Shown: positions 27,858 to 41,578 of the stretch, one piece after another
Layout of the letters: each line of letters begins with the position of its first letter
Numbering within the stretch: position 1 is the first letter of the stretch
Assembly: GCA_951406725.2 (NCBI GenBank)
Contig: OX597837.1
Coordinates: forward strand, 7,068,001 to 7,132,000
DNA length: 64,000 bases
Direction of reading: 5' to 3'
From: Octopus vulgaris
Taxonomy: Eukaryota
Notes under the pieces: generated by a model
Databases searched by the model: none
Told to the model about the DNA's origin: nothing
Seen by the model: only the letters and a program-made list of their open reading frames with translations
Translations under genes and position numbers: made by a program

Positions 27858-27995
27858 ATCAGCGGCATAGCTGCTGTCATTATTATTATTATCACTATTA
27901 TTTTTTATCATTATTATTATTATTATTGTTATCATCATCGTCATCATCGTCATCATCATCATCATCATCATCATCATTATCATCATCACCATCTA
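27360..27995. repeat. (TTA)n/(CAT)n microsatellite
   Basis: Seen directly. Confidence 0.95.
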
Positions 27996-28255
27996 TTATA
28001 GTTCTAGTAATAATTTAGTTGTTGTCGTTATCAAATTCACTTAACTTATTTGAAATTTTAATTTTGATTTTCACATATTTTCTTTTTTGTTCTTATTTTT
28101 GTTATAAGTTAATATTCAGAAGTAATTAGTTTTATGGCTAATTAGGAAAAATGGCTATTGAACGCAATTACAATATCGAAATGGCAATCAGGACGATAAT
28201 GAAAAGGAGCAGGAATAGGATGAGGAGTGGGAGATGAGTGTGGTGGTGGGTGGAG

Positions 28256-28291
<36 letters not shown>

Positions 28292-28382
28292 GGAAGCAAT
28301 AGGAAGGAAGGCAGTACTTCTATCACTACAGTCACAACTACATCTATAAGAGTTACTGATAATAAAATACTACTACTACTAC

Positions 28383-28481
<99 letters not shown>

Positions 28482-28845
28482 TAATAATAATAATTGTTTT
28501 TGTTGTTGCTTCAATTTCGGCACAAGGGGAGGAGATTAGCAGAGAGTATCGACCGAGGTATTTGACTTGTACTTTATTTTATCGACCCCCGCTAAAAGAA
28601 TGAAAAGCAGAGTTGACCTCTGCGGGATTTGAACCCGGAGAAGAGCCCGAACAAATGCTGCCAGCCAATTTTCCGGCGGCTAACTATTCTGCCTGTGCAT
28701 CACCATAATAATAACAATAACAACAACAGCAGGAGGGGTAGCAGCAGCAGCAATAACAACAACAACAACAACAACAACAATAATTATAATAATAATAATA
28801 ATAATAATAATCATAATCATAATAATAATAATAATAATAATAATT

Positions 28846-29400
28846 GCCCTGATGCAGTATTAGGCAGTGGCTTTCATGCCTTCTGATCTTAACTGATTGG
28901 AAGTGTTATCATGTACATTGTTTTGTCTTGGTATAAAAGATGGGCCACAGCAAATATTCTGCTCAATACCACAGATTTGCTTGTCAGTTGTTTGACCTTT
29001 ACCTGTTGAGCATGTCCTTTGGTTGTTGACGCTATGTGGATCTCTGATCACAAGCAGAAGTAGTGGAGGAGCATCATAGCCATGTGTTGAGAGGAATTCT
29101 TTGCAGCTTGAATAATTCACCTCTGGAAACACGGGTGATTCGTTCAACATCTTTAAACAAACCTTACTCAGGGACCTTTAGAGCGGGATGGGTTACTCGA
29201 CCAGAAGAAAATTCTAACTGGGCCCCACCTGCAAGGTCATGTGCTGTTTATCTTGATATGAGATCACCATGTCGCGCACCTATGGTTGGGATGCATGTGC
29301 CTGGTGTACCCTTATCAGACGGGTAGTCATGTTGGGTATACTGGGCTTCGTATATTTTACTCCAGTGTCATTTAGATGGCATGCACTGCTCTCCCACTCA
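28846..29400 (+). mobile_element. About 555-bp non-coding element inserted in (TAA)n, copy 2
   Basis: Homologous to 22331-22885 with the same ends (gccctgatgca ... ctca-ataat). Confidence 0.8.
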
Positions 29401-29513
29401 ATAATAATTATGTATTTGTGTACATGTGTACATGGTAGGGTGTGCAAGCAAAAGAAAAAGTTGGCAGTGACTTCGGAGTTTCTTGATATATATGTGTGCA
29501 TACACAATATGTA

Positions 29514-29559
<46 letters not shown>

Positions 29560-29566
29560 TATATAC

Positions 29567-29602
<36 letters not shown>

Positions 29603-29636
29603 TTATTGATATATATGTGTGCATACATGTGTGCAT

Positions 29637-29735
<99 letters not shown>

Positions 29736-29910
29736 ATATATATAATCATATCGAAGGGAAATGAAATTAATAGAAATTTTCCCTTCCAGTGGTAAGAAAT
29801 TTTTTTCATTTCGTTGCTGTCGAATTTTATCCTTAATTTTGTGGTTATAGAACCTAGCTGTCCTTTCTAGCGTGTTGAATTCCCTATGTGTTTAAATGTA
29901 CGCTGTATTT

Positions 29911-29953
<43 letters not shown>

Positions 29954-29996
29954 CGCTTATATCTACATCTATGTATGATTCTGTGTGTGCGTCTGT

Positions 29997-30073
<77 letters not shown>

Positions 30074-30287
30074 CGTATCGAAACACGAATAATTTTACGT
30101 TCAATCTAGACAAATTGCTCGCAATCGACAGGCCACACAAGAACAAATTCATACTCAGATACTGGAGACCAGCAACATCAACATCATCATCTTCTCTGCT
30201 CCTTGTCCTTTATCGATCTTTATCTTATACTGTTATAGGTCTTCCCACTGTGTTTCTCCCAAGTGTGCATGTGCGTGTGTCTGTGTT

Positions 30288-30320
<33 letters not shown>

Positions 30321-30487
30321 GTATTCGGACAGATTTTAGTATCTTCTTTCGAAGTGGTGATGGTGGTGGTGATGGTTGTGGTGGTGGGGAGATCTATAGT
30401 ATTTTTACATCATATAAAGACAAATTTCATTTGTAGCTGTGTATACATACATACAAACACACGTACAAAAATATATTGTATATAAGC

Positions 30488-30553
<66 letters not shown>

Positions 30554-30671
30554 GAGAGAGAGAGGGAGAGAGAGACAGAGACAGAGAGAGAGACAGAGAG
30601 ACAGAGAGAGAGTTATACATTATATATTGATTATATAAAGACAATTATATATCTATCTATCTATCTATCTA

Positions 30672-30749
<78 letters not shown>

Positions 30750-31109
30750 AGGAGGGGAAAGACAAGGGGAGAGAGGGATACATACACACATCATGCGCAT
30801 ATCACTGAAAGACATATATTACGTTTGATGCCATCGATTTTCTGACACGAAATCTTTCAGTAGTGTTGTTACTGATAGAAATGTGATGACGACGTCCTAA
30901 CAACCTTAGTCACATTTAAATATACATTTTTCAGCAGTATTAAAAATCTATAACATGTTCGCCTCTTCATCATTGTAATAATAACTCGTTCTTTATTGGT
31001 CACAAGGGCTCGATATAGAATACAACCTGTGCCGTACAAAGGCGATTACAAAACGTATGAGATTTATAGATGAATAGAACTTGGGTACAATCGGGAATAG
31101 AATATATTC

Positions 31110-31555
31110 TCTTCTACTCTAGGCACAAGGCCTGAAATATTGGAGGAGGGGCCAGTCGATTAATCGACCACAGTACGCAACAGGTACTTAATTTATCGAT
31201 CTCGAAGGGATGAAAGGCATAGTCGACCCAGGCGGAATTTGATCTCAGAACGTAAGGACAGGCGAAAGACCTATTTCTATTTCTTTACTACCCACAAGGG
31301 GCTAAACACAGAGAGGACAAACAAGGACAGACAAACGGATTAAGTCGATTATATCGACCCCAGTGCGTAAGTGGTACTTATTTAATCAAACCCAAAAGGA
31401 TGAAAGGCAAAGTCGACCTCGGCGGAATTTGAACTCAGAACGTAACGACAGACGAAATACCTACTTCTTTACTACCCACAAGGGGCTAAACAAGGACAGA
31501 CAAACGGATTAAGTCGATTACATCGACTCCAGTGCGTAACTGGTACTTAATTTAT
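31110..31555 (-). mobile_element. Head-to-tail concatemer of family M SINE units
   Basis: Repeated blocks ctacccacaaggggctaaac...gtcgattacatcgac...ggatgaaaggcaaagtcgacc...ctcagaacgtaa, period about 190 bp. Confidence 0.85.
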
Positions 31556-31772
31556 GTATTATATCAGTTTTAAATGTCGAGCAATCTTCAGCAGAGAGCT
31601 TAATTTCATCATTAAGAACATGGTGGTAGTATGTTCTTAATGATGAAATTAACATCTCTATCTATATATCTACCCTCTTTGTAATGTTAGCAAATTAAAT
31701 AAGTTGTCCGTTTAATCAAAAACTTGTATATGTGGCTGAAGATTGCTCGACATTTTAAAACTGATGTAGTAC
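31556..31772. repeat. Nested inverted repeat
   Basis: Outer arms 31563-31592 and 31735-31765; inner perfect 22-bp arms 31600-31621 and 31631-31652. Confidence 0.9.
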
Positions 31773-31947
31773 TTACAGTGTTTAATAAAATGATGTAGCA
31801 TAAAACAATTGTACTACACTGCCTTGGATATTCTTGTTGTTTATTTTTATTATAATCACCCCATTTGATTTATATGGATAATACCATACGAAATTCTGAT
31901 GCCTTTAACTTAAGTACCATATTCATCTGAATCTAAATTTTGCTGAA

Positions 31948-32035
<88 letters not shown>

Positions 32036-32042
32036 TATATAC

Positions 32043-32090
<48 letters not shown>

Positions 32091-32112
32091 GTGTGTATAT
32101 ATAGATATATAC

Positions 32113-32143
<31 letters not shown>

Positions 32144-32154
32144 CATAAACACAC

Positions 32155-32201
<47 letters not shown>

Positions 32202-32288
32202 CATGATGCTACAAACTTGAAAGTCGTATCTTTCTTAGCCTTTTTAGAATTCGCAGCATAAAATATACGTGTGTGTGTGCTTGTGTGC

Positions 32289-32357
<69 letters not shown>

Positions 32358-32581
32358 AGCACTTATTTCCATTTCATCTTACAACTAACAAACCAATTTT
32401 TCATTAAACATCAAATTACTTCAATTTTACGCATCAAATATGTCTTTAATAAAATTTTTTGCAACACTGTCCAAGTAATCATCGTTTCTTCTTCTCCTTT
32501 CTTTTATTTTTCATTTCCTTAATGCGTAATTATTCCGGACTACGAATGTGTATCAATAGTACATCAATCTTATTCAACAAT

Positions 32582-32601
32582 CTGATGAGCCATAGGCGAA
32601 A
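32582..32601 (+). ncRNA. Hammerhead core plus stem II only
   Basis: CTGATGA-GCC ata GGC-GAAA; no convincing stems I or III. Confidence 0.4.
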
Positions 32602-33469
32602 CCTGAAGAACCTTATGCATATATCAGATATATTGAATAAATTAACATAATCACTATGTGCAGCCTTCTTGCTCATTGAATGGAACAGCAGTTATGCATA
32701 CCAAAAGTTGACTTCCTATAGGCAAATATCTATATGTGTGTCTGATACACACAGACGTGCATGTCTGTGTGAATGTGTGCGTGTCTATGAGTGTGTGTGT
32801 GTTTGTGTATGCGTGCGACTGTATATGCATGTATATATGTATGTATCAACATACAAACTAATATTTGCTTATAGAAATATACATTGTATGATTGTATGTA
32901 TGCTTATGTAAACATATACATACATATATATATAAGTAATATATACATACATATATATATTATATACACACACACACGCACACACACACACACACATATA
33001 TATATATAATATTAGGGAGTATAACTCCAAACTTACAGGGGAAAATTCAATTTAGTATTAAATCAAATTTCACAATATAAATACATATACTTAAAAATCT
33101 ATATTTTTTTCTATCAATAAACATATAACCAATAAATAGATTTGTCCATTATTACTTACATAAGTATTATAGATATCTTTAGAAAAAATTTAGGCAATAC
33201 AATTAAAGAATTGAAGAATTTCAAATTAAAAACGTATAGCCTATCTTTATAAAATACTTATTATTACTATTATTAAAAACACTTTACGATCTAGATAGGA
33301 AAGTGACTAACTAATATCTTAAAATTTACATTCAGATATAATAATTAAATAAATGTACATATCTAAATTATCATTAACAAATAATAAAATTATAAATTCA
33401 TATTTAACAATCATTAGTTATATAGAGTACAATACTATTTCTTAAATAAAAAAGTTTACTTATCTCTCA

Positions 33470-33990
33470 AAAAGCGTATCATTTTTCGTCGCCAGAAATG
33501 ATTCGGTAAAGAAATCGTTGCTTGCGTCAATGATTTGAGCGGTGACGAGCAAGCAAACCAGCGGAGATTGTGGCTCGTTGATTTTTTGTTGTCGTCACTT
33601 AAAGCATGCGGAACACATGCTCCATACTTCTGAACCTTTCCCACCGATTGAAGATGCTTCTATATGGCAGTGTGGGAGCATTCCATTTTCTCTGCCAGTT
33701 CCCTTGTCGTTTGACGAGAATATTCGTGCAAAAGTTGGTTAAATCGCTCTTCATCGAACTCAACTGGACGGCCTTAACGAGGTGCGTCTTTGAGGTCAAG
33801 ATTTCCATATTTGAACTTGGCATTCCAATCACGAGCGGTTCTTTCAGCTATGGCACCCTCTTCATACACAGCACAAATGTCGCGAGCAGTTTTTTTACGG
33901 CCTTAGAACCGTGATTAAAATCAAAAAGGTGTCGAAAATACTCGTTTTTCTTAACTTGACATTCTATTTTAATGATCTTATAGAAAATAA
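33470..33990 (-). mobile_element. Mariner transposase, 5' half (pseudogene)
   Basis: Frameshifted ECQVKKNEYFRHL...DLKDAPR*GRPVEFDEE...TTRELAEKM...KYGACVPHALS (WVPHEL-like)...RIISGDEK, which includes the first catalytic D. Confidence 0.9.
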
Positions 33991-34175
33991 ACAAAATCTT
34001 AATGTGTGCGTGTCTATGAGTGTGTGTGTGTGTTTGTGTATTGCGTGCGACTGTATATGCATGTATATATGTATGTATCAACATACAAAACTAATATTTG
34101 CAAAATTATAGAAATATACATTGTATGATTGTATGTATGCTTATGTAAACATATACATACATATATATATTATAT

Positions 34176-34263
<88 letters not shown>

Positions 34264-34270
<7 letters not shown>

Positions 34271-34856
34271 AATAATGAGGGAGATAAATTAATATTAATT
34301 TTAATATCAATTTAAAACCAGTAGTCCAGCATACAAAAAATCTGAGAAGTCAGAGAAAATTCTAATATATGTGTATATTGGCAGGGCTTGACTGCTAGGA
34401 AGTCGGCCGTATGCTAGAAACAGATCATCAACGATCAAACTACAGAGGAAATTCTCTAGAGGAAAAATTCAGCGAACACCAGGACCAAATTTGGCGGGCA
34501 GGACAGATGAAAATTTATATAAAAAACAGAATTAAATGCATACCTCGGTTTCGGCCTTTAACAAAAGAATTACTTACATAATTCAAATGTCCGTGCTTCA
34601 TCAGTGCATTCGTTCATTGTAAATGTAAACTGAAAGCTAACCCCAGCTTTCTGTACCAGGACAGACACGTGCTTAGTCTTACCGATTACATTAGGGATAA
34701 AATTTCAAATGTCTTGGTTCTGGCGCGCTAAGAAATTCCTGAAGCGAAAGGCTGCAGTAAATAATTCACTGTGGTTAGTGCTTACTACTAGAGAACGTAT
34801 TTATTTCAATATTTAAATAATGAGGGAGATAAATTAATATTAATTTTAATATCAAT
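34264..34856 (-). mobile_element. Terminally redundant HHR-bearing element, 545-bp period, in (TA)n
   Basis: Identical 48-bp direct repeats at 34264-34311 and 34809-34856, an internal hammerhead, and (TA)n on both sides. Confidence 0.75.
34535..34610 (-). ncRNA. Type-I hammerhead ribozyme with an extended stem II region
   Basis: AATGCA-CTGATGA-agc...(about 45 nt)...gcc-GAAA-CCGAGG-TA-TGCATT: perfect 6-bp stem I and a GUA site. Confidence 0.8.
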
Positions 34857-34910
34857 ATATATATATATATATATATATATGAAAAAACAAGTCAAAAATA
34901 GAAAATGCTA

Positions 34911-35207
34911 AGATGATTTTATAGTGAATCTTTCAGTACCGGTTTCGGTCATTTTGAGACCTTTTCAACTGTAACGATTAAATAATTAAATTTAGAAAAA
35001 CGACCTCGAATACACAAGTGCAAACAAGGGAGTCAGAGAAAGGCAGAATGCCACCTATATCTGAACACTACTATGGAAGTATTCCTTTAAAAAAACCTTT
35101 CTTCTAATTTTTCTAAATTTTTCTAAATTTAATTATTTAATCGTTACAGTTGAAAAGGTCTCAAAATGACCGAAACCGGTACTGAAAGATTCACTATAAA
35201 ATCATCT
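34911..35207. repeat. Perfect 90-bp inverted repeat; each arm holds a variant hammerhead motif
   Basis: Arms 34911-35000 and 35118-35207. The motif CAG-TTGAAAA-GGTC tcaaaat GACC-GAAA-CCGG-TA-CTG lies at 35147-35184 (+) and 34934-34971 (-). Confidence 0.9.
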
Positions 35208-35284
35208 ACTTCCAAAATTTTAAAAAATGGTGGAAACTTAGTTGACTACCCAATATATAAAACTATATATATCATATATATATA

Positions 35285-35367
<83 letters not shown>

Positions 35368-35403
35368 AAGGCCTATGGAAGATTAGCTTGAAATTTAATC
35401 AAG

Positions 35404-35495
35404 CTGTTGTTCAGAGTTTCACGTTCATCGGACAGTTTTGTTAAAATTTTAAGAAAACTCTCCGATGACCGGGAACGTGAAATTCTGTGTAACAG
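35404..35495. repeat. Imperfect fold-back with CCGATGA...GAAA motifs on both arms
   Basis: cagagtttcacgttcatcgga...tccgatgaccgggaacgtgaaattctg. Confidence 0.7.
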
Positions 35496-35659
35496 ATTTT
35501 GTTATATTTTCTTATTCTTTGAAATGGCCTATTATGGCCGTATCCTTAATTTTGCTGTTGATTTTATTAATGGTCTCTGACTATTTACTTTTTTCCCACT
35601 AGCATCGCTGGTAGCGAAAAAATTCTGCGAAATTTTTTGCCACCCTATATTGATTAATT

Positions 35660-35722
<63 letters not shown>

Positions 35723-35724
35723 TA

Positions 35725-35897
35725 CGACGAGTTTCTTTCAGTTTCCGTCTACCAAATCCACTCAAAAGGCTTTGGTCGGCCCGGAGGCTATAGGAAAAGA
35801 TACTTGCCCAAGGTGCCACGCAGTGGGACTGAACCCAAAACCATGTGGTTTGTAAGCAAGCTACTTACTACTTACCATACAGCCACTCCTACGCCTA
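35725..35897 (-). mobile_element. Family C SINE head
   Basis: cttgcccaaggtgccacgcagtgggactgaaccc...agccactcctacgcc. Confidence 0.85.
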
Positions 35898-36631
35898 TGT
35901 ATATATGTATATATATACATATATGTATATACATACATATATATATATATATTTTATATATTTATATATATATATATGTATTTATGTATAAATACATATG
36001 CATAACATATAAATGTTACGCATGTATATATATATAATATTTATATACGTTTATACGTATACAAACTTCGAAGCACAATTAAAATATATCATTATACAAT
36101 AAAATTTGCTTTCCTCGACAAATTATTTTGTTCTTGAAAATAAAAAAAATTGTAAATTATAAATTGTTAACCAATAAAAGCAATAAAATAGCAACAATCA
36201 CAAACGCTATCTCGACCATGACAACAATAACCACAACAACAAAGCGAACAACAATAACGACAATCACGAACGGAGTTTTGAGTACCAGAAAAATTACAGC
36301 AACAACTAAAGCCATGGCAACCTGTGCGTTGAACAAGTAATCTCGATACGAAAGCGTTATAGGAGACCCAATATCAAATATGATTCCTGAATTTGATATT
36401 CTATGCAGTAGACATATTTTACAAGTCTATACTTGGGTGTGTGTGTGTGTGTGTAGGTGTGGTGGCGATAAAATATATTGACAGACAATAAATAGATGTA
36501 CCTAACACCCTGGAGAAAGAAAAGAAAAACTAACTTTTTCTCTCTCTCTCTCCTGTTTAATATATGAATATATATATGTACATATATATATTCATATATT
36601 AAACAGGAATATATATAAGTACATATATATC

Positions 36632-36683
<52 letters not shown>

Positions 36684-36799
36684 ATGTATGTATGTATGTA
36701 TGTATGTTGTACCATATATATACATATATATATATATATCATATATTCATATATATATATATATATACATGTGTATATATATGCATGCATGCATATATA

Positions 36800-36838
<39 letters not shown>

Positions 36839-36897
36839 CATATATATACTTTCTTATATATGCATTTATATATGCATATATATATATGTAAATGAAT

Positions 36898-36936
<39 letters not shown>

Positions 36937-36963
36937 AATATATATACATACACACATACAAAA

Positions 36964-37022
<59 letters not shown>

Positions 37023-37595
37023 TCATACACACATGCAAACATACTTATATATATATGCATCTTTTATCTTGTGGGGTGAGTCGGACAAGGGAATGGTGAC
37101 AGACAAAGATACTGAGGGGATGAGAGAGAGAGAGGGGGAGAGAGAGAAAGTGAATAAGAGTGTCAGTGTGCTATACAGATGAAGGAGGTGATAAAAGAGA
37201 TAGATATAAAGATACAATGCCGCAGAGTGACCGAGAGTCAGAGAAGTTCGTGGAGACAGTAATAGAGGGGGAGAAAGAGAGAGGGAAAAGGGAGATATAC
37301 AGAGATGGTTTTAAGAGAGGGGGATAAAAAGAAAGAGATAATGACAGACATGGAGAGTGACAGGACAGACTGAGGAGACAGCTAGAAGAATGCCAGAGAG
37401 AGAAAGAGAGAGAGGGGCGAGAGAGAGGGGCGAGAGAGAGGGGCGAGAGAGAGAGACAAACGAGGTGAGATGAGCATAGAGTAAGGAAAGGAGAACGGGA
37501 GTGTGAGAGAGAGGAAGAAGAGAGAGGGAGAGAGAGAAACAAGGAGAATAAGAGAAACATATAGACTCAAGGAGATAGAATGAGACTCAGAAAGA

Positions 37596-37597
<2 letters not shown>

Positions 37598-37679
<82 letters not shown>

Positions 37680-37801
37680 GGACAGATAGACAGACAGACA
37701 AACCGACAGACAGACAGACAGACAGCCGAACAGACAGACAGACAAACAGACAGACAATCAGACAGACAGACAAACAGACAAACTGACAGACAGACAGAAA
37801 A

Positions 37802-37838
<37 letters not shown>
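37598..37838. repeat. (GACA)n microsatellite
   Basis: Seen directly. Confidence 0.95.
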
Positions 37839-37996
37839 GAAAAAGATGAGCATTGACAGAATGAAACTGACTGGCAGAGAAATAAAGACACACGGACAAT
37901 GGAAGTAAGACAGACGAAAGAGACGGACTGAACACACTCTAAAAGAGATGTTTCTGCTCGTGGGCCATGGATGGCTTCGAAGATATCTCAGTTGAG

Positions 37997-38222
37997 GCGA
38001 GCTGGCAGAAGCGTTAGCACGCCGGACGAAATTTGTAGCCGTATTTCGTCTGCCGTTACGTTCTGAGTTCAAATTCCGCCGAGGTTGACTTTGCCTTTCA
38101 TCCTTTCGGGGTCGATAAATTAAGTACCAGTTACGCACTGGGGTCGATGTATTCGACTTAATCCGTTTGTCTGTCCTTGTTTGTCCCCTCTGTGTTTAGC
38201 CCCTTGTGGGTAGTAAAGAAAC
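37997..38222 (+). mobile_element. Family M SINE (MetaSINE-like core) with a 16-bp TSD
   Basis: B-box gagttcaaattcc; core gactttgcctttcatcctttcggggtcgataaattaagtacc; perfect flanking AGATATCTCAGTTGAG at 37981-37996 and 38223-38238. Confidence 0.9.
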
Positions 38223-39039
38223 AGATATCTCAGTTGAGATACTGATAGTTGGGAATACATCCAACAGACACGGAAATGTCACGAACCAGGCTTGTCCCAG
38301 ACGCATTTTGAACGACAAAACTGTTCTGTACGAAGTCGTTCGGGGTCTGAACCTTGCCTTTTGATGGATTTAAGTACAACGGCTGTTCTTATGTCTATGG
38401 TGGATCCAGCAAGCAGCCAAGTCCACCGGGTCGACCATCTGACCGTCTTTCTTCGGTTGGGAAGCGAGGGTCCTTATTGCACGACTGATCACTATGGCGA
38501 AAGGGCGTGCATGGCGAAAGGGCGTGCATAAAGGGCGTGCATAGCGAAGAGGACACAAAGCAGAGGCAACGAATCCTTCGCATTTTTCAAGTCCCTAATA
38601 CCTCTTTGATGGTTCTTTTGATGGATGTGGATGTGGAGGGGCTAACCCGCAGTAAATTTACAAAAACGTGGGTGTGAGGGAGGCGAGCAAGAGCCCAGGG
38701 GATGAATCTGTTTAGTTCATGTGCCCTTGGGCCCTAATGATAATCAGGAATCTGCAGAGTTCGTTGATTCGACCCCAAATGGCAGCTTCAAACCCTATTG
38801 AGATTTTCTTCATTTCATTTCCGTTAATAGAGTTTTTTTTTTAATATTTTCCGTGCCCCGTTTTTCTCATCATAGATTCTGTGAGTTGTAAACCCTCAAT
38901 TTTTTATAATACACACACATACATACAAACACACACACACAAACACAAACACACGGACACACACATTCACCATTTTATGTGTTTCGGAATGTCCCTTCAT
39001 CCGTCACCCTTGTGGCAAATCTTAAAGAAATTATTATTG

Positions 39040-39117
39040 CTATCATCATAGTCATCATTATCATCATCATCATCCTCGTCGCCGATGTCGTCGTCATCAT
39101 CATCATCATCATCATTG

Positions 39118-39164
<47 letters not shown>

Positions 39165-39165
39165 G

Positions 39166-39218
<53 letters not shown>

Positions 39219-39258
39219 GTCATCATCATCATCATCATCGTCATCATCATCATCATCG

Positions 39259-39291
<33 letters not shown>

Positions 39292-39295
39292 CCAC

Positions 39296-39344
<49 letters not shown>

Positions 39345-39465
39345 GTCATCATCATCATCGCCGATGTCACCGTCGTCATCATCATCATCGTCGTCGTCCG
39401 CATCGTCCTCACTATCATCACCATATCATCATAATCATCATCATTATCACCATCATCATCATTAT
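39040..39465. repeat. (CAT)n microsatellite
   Basis: Seen directly. Confidence 0.95.
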
Positions 39466-40980
39466 TGGTATTTTTGTTGTTTTTGTTGTTATGGTTTTAC
39501 AATATTGCTGTCTGTGTTCGAAATATTCTCCTCTGTATTGGGTTCCAATTTTTTTCTGTTTTTTCTGGGGTTTTTTTTTTTCCTTTTTTTTCTTGTTAAA
39601 CTTTAGCAAGGACGGAGGAAAAGGGAGAGAGAGAGAGAGAACAAAAAAAAGGGGGTTGAGGGCCCCCTTTGAAGCTTTCTGATTTCTTTATGCGAAACCC
39701 TACAGTCACCGCACACATCCCTTCCAACCCAGACCAACCCACCCGACACCCACGTATCTGCACCACCACACACCCCGCCTACTGACAATATCCCCCCTCT
39801 CTCTCTCTCTCTTTCACTGTCTTTGTTTGTTCTCTAGGCAACCTTAAGGAAACGATCCTTACACAACAACAATAACAACAGCAACGACAAATTATTAATT
39901 TTCTTTCCCATCATCAATAACGCCTCTTACGTAAAGGTATTGGCGCTTTTTTTTAATTATTTATTTGTTTGTTTGTTTGTTGTTCTTTTGTTGGGGGTTT
40001 GTTTTTGAGATTTTTTTTATTTATTTATTTATTTTTTTATTTTATTTTATTTATTTATTATTATTTTTTTTTTTTTTGGTATTTCGATGCCAACAAAGGA
40101 ACACGTTTCGATTCAAGGAATGTGGTGATTCGTTTATTGGTGCTTCTGTCGCCGATTCTAATCATACAAAAAAAAAAAAAAAAGAAAAGAAAAAGGAATA
40201 GGAAAAAAAAAAAGAAAAAGAATATCTTACTGAAGAAATTTAATTACACCTCGTTTTGGACTTTGATTATTGAAGAAAAATGAAATAAAATAAAATAAAA
40301 TAAAAATAAAAATAAACAATAATGTTAAAACAAACAATTCAAACAGTCGACTTCTACCGAAGAGAAAAAACAAAACCATTTGCAAATACTACTACTACTA
40401 CTACTACTACCACTACTACTACTTCCACCAGCACCACCATCGCTACCACTACTACAGGATTCACTACTACTGCTACTACAACTACAACATTCACTACTAC
40501 TACTACAACTACCACACTACTACTACCACCACCACCACATCCACTACAACTACTACTACTACCACCACATTCACTACTACTACTACTACCACCGCCACTA
40601 CTGCTGCATTAACTACTACTTCTACTAATTGTACTGATTCTGCTCCTGGTACAACTACTACTATTACTATTGCTATTACAACAAACGTCACAACTATCAC
40701 AGACCACTACCACCACCACGACTACTACCAATACACTCACGACCACGACCGCAACCACTACGAATGCCAGCGCCAGCACCTTCATTAAGACCAGTACCAC
40801 CACCACAATTACTATAACCATTTAGAATTGTCAACATATCGACATGGGAACCTTGGTGTGGTTACTTGAGCTACCAAAAATAACAGTCAAATATCTTCCT
40901 CGAACTACAGGTAGTGTCTGACATCCTGAAATAAGGAAATAAGAAAACATACATTAGATACATACGACACACGACATCTG

Positions 40981-41050
<70 letters not shown>

Positions 41051-41052
<2 letters not shown>

Positions 41053-41258
41053 CCATGTTGATTCGTTAGCTACTGCACGCATTTTTTTCTCTCCTTCTTT
41101 CTGTGTTTTTTTCTCTCTGTGTATCTTTCTGTTGAAGAGCGTAGGCTCGAAACGTTAAAGACTTGTTTTATTTATATTTCCTGAGCGCCATACTAATACA
41201 ATTGTTCGTTTGTTTTCCACCTGCCTTCGTCTTTTGTCTATTTTCATAAAGCTTCCCG

Positions 41259-41260
<2 letters not shown>
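41051..41260 (+). mobile_element. Family A element in (TA)n with a minimal HHR-like motif (41124-41161)
   Basis: TCTTT-CTGTTGAA-GAGC gtag GCTC-GAAA-CG-TT-AAAGA; (TA)n on both sides. Confidence 0.8.
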
Positions 41261-41339
<79 letters not shown>

Positions 41340-41452
41340 CTTATGTATGTATGTATGTATGTATGTATGTATGTATTTATGTATATATATATATATATAT
41401 ATCCGTGATCACCGATCAGGCTATCAGATGTTGCTACACATCGCTGGTCACA

Positions 41453-41519
<67 letters not shown>

Positions 41520-41541
41520 CATAATTATGTATGTATGTATT

Positions 41542-41574
<33 letters not shown>

Positions 41575-41578
<4 letters not shown>

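Noticed and set aside
31110-31555. Regularly spaced repeats that superficially resemble a CRISPR array
   Set aside because: The units are whole SINE copies with no unique spacers; the context is eukaryotic and has no cas genes.
38290-38560. RVDH RT-like peptide; a CTGATCA...GAAA motif; three short aaagggcgtgcat repeats
   Set aside because: The peptide similarity is weak, and the motif has G8C with no stem III or cleavage triplet.
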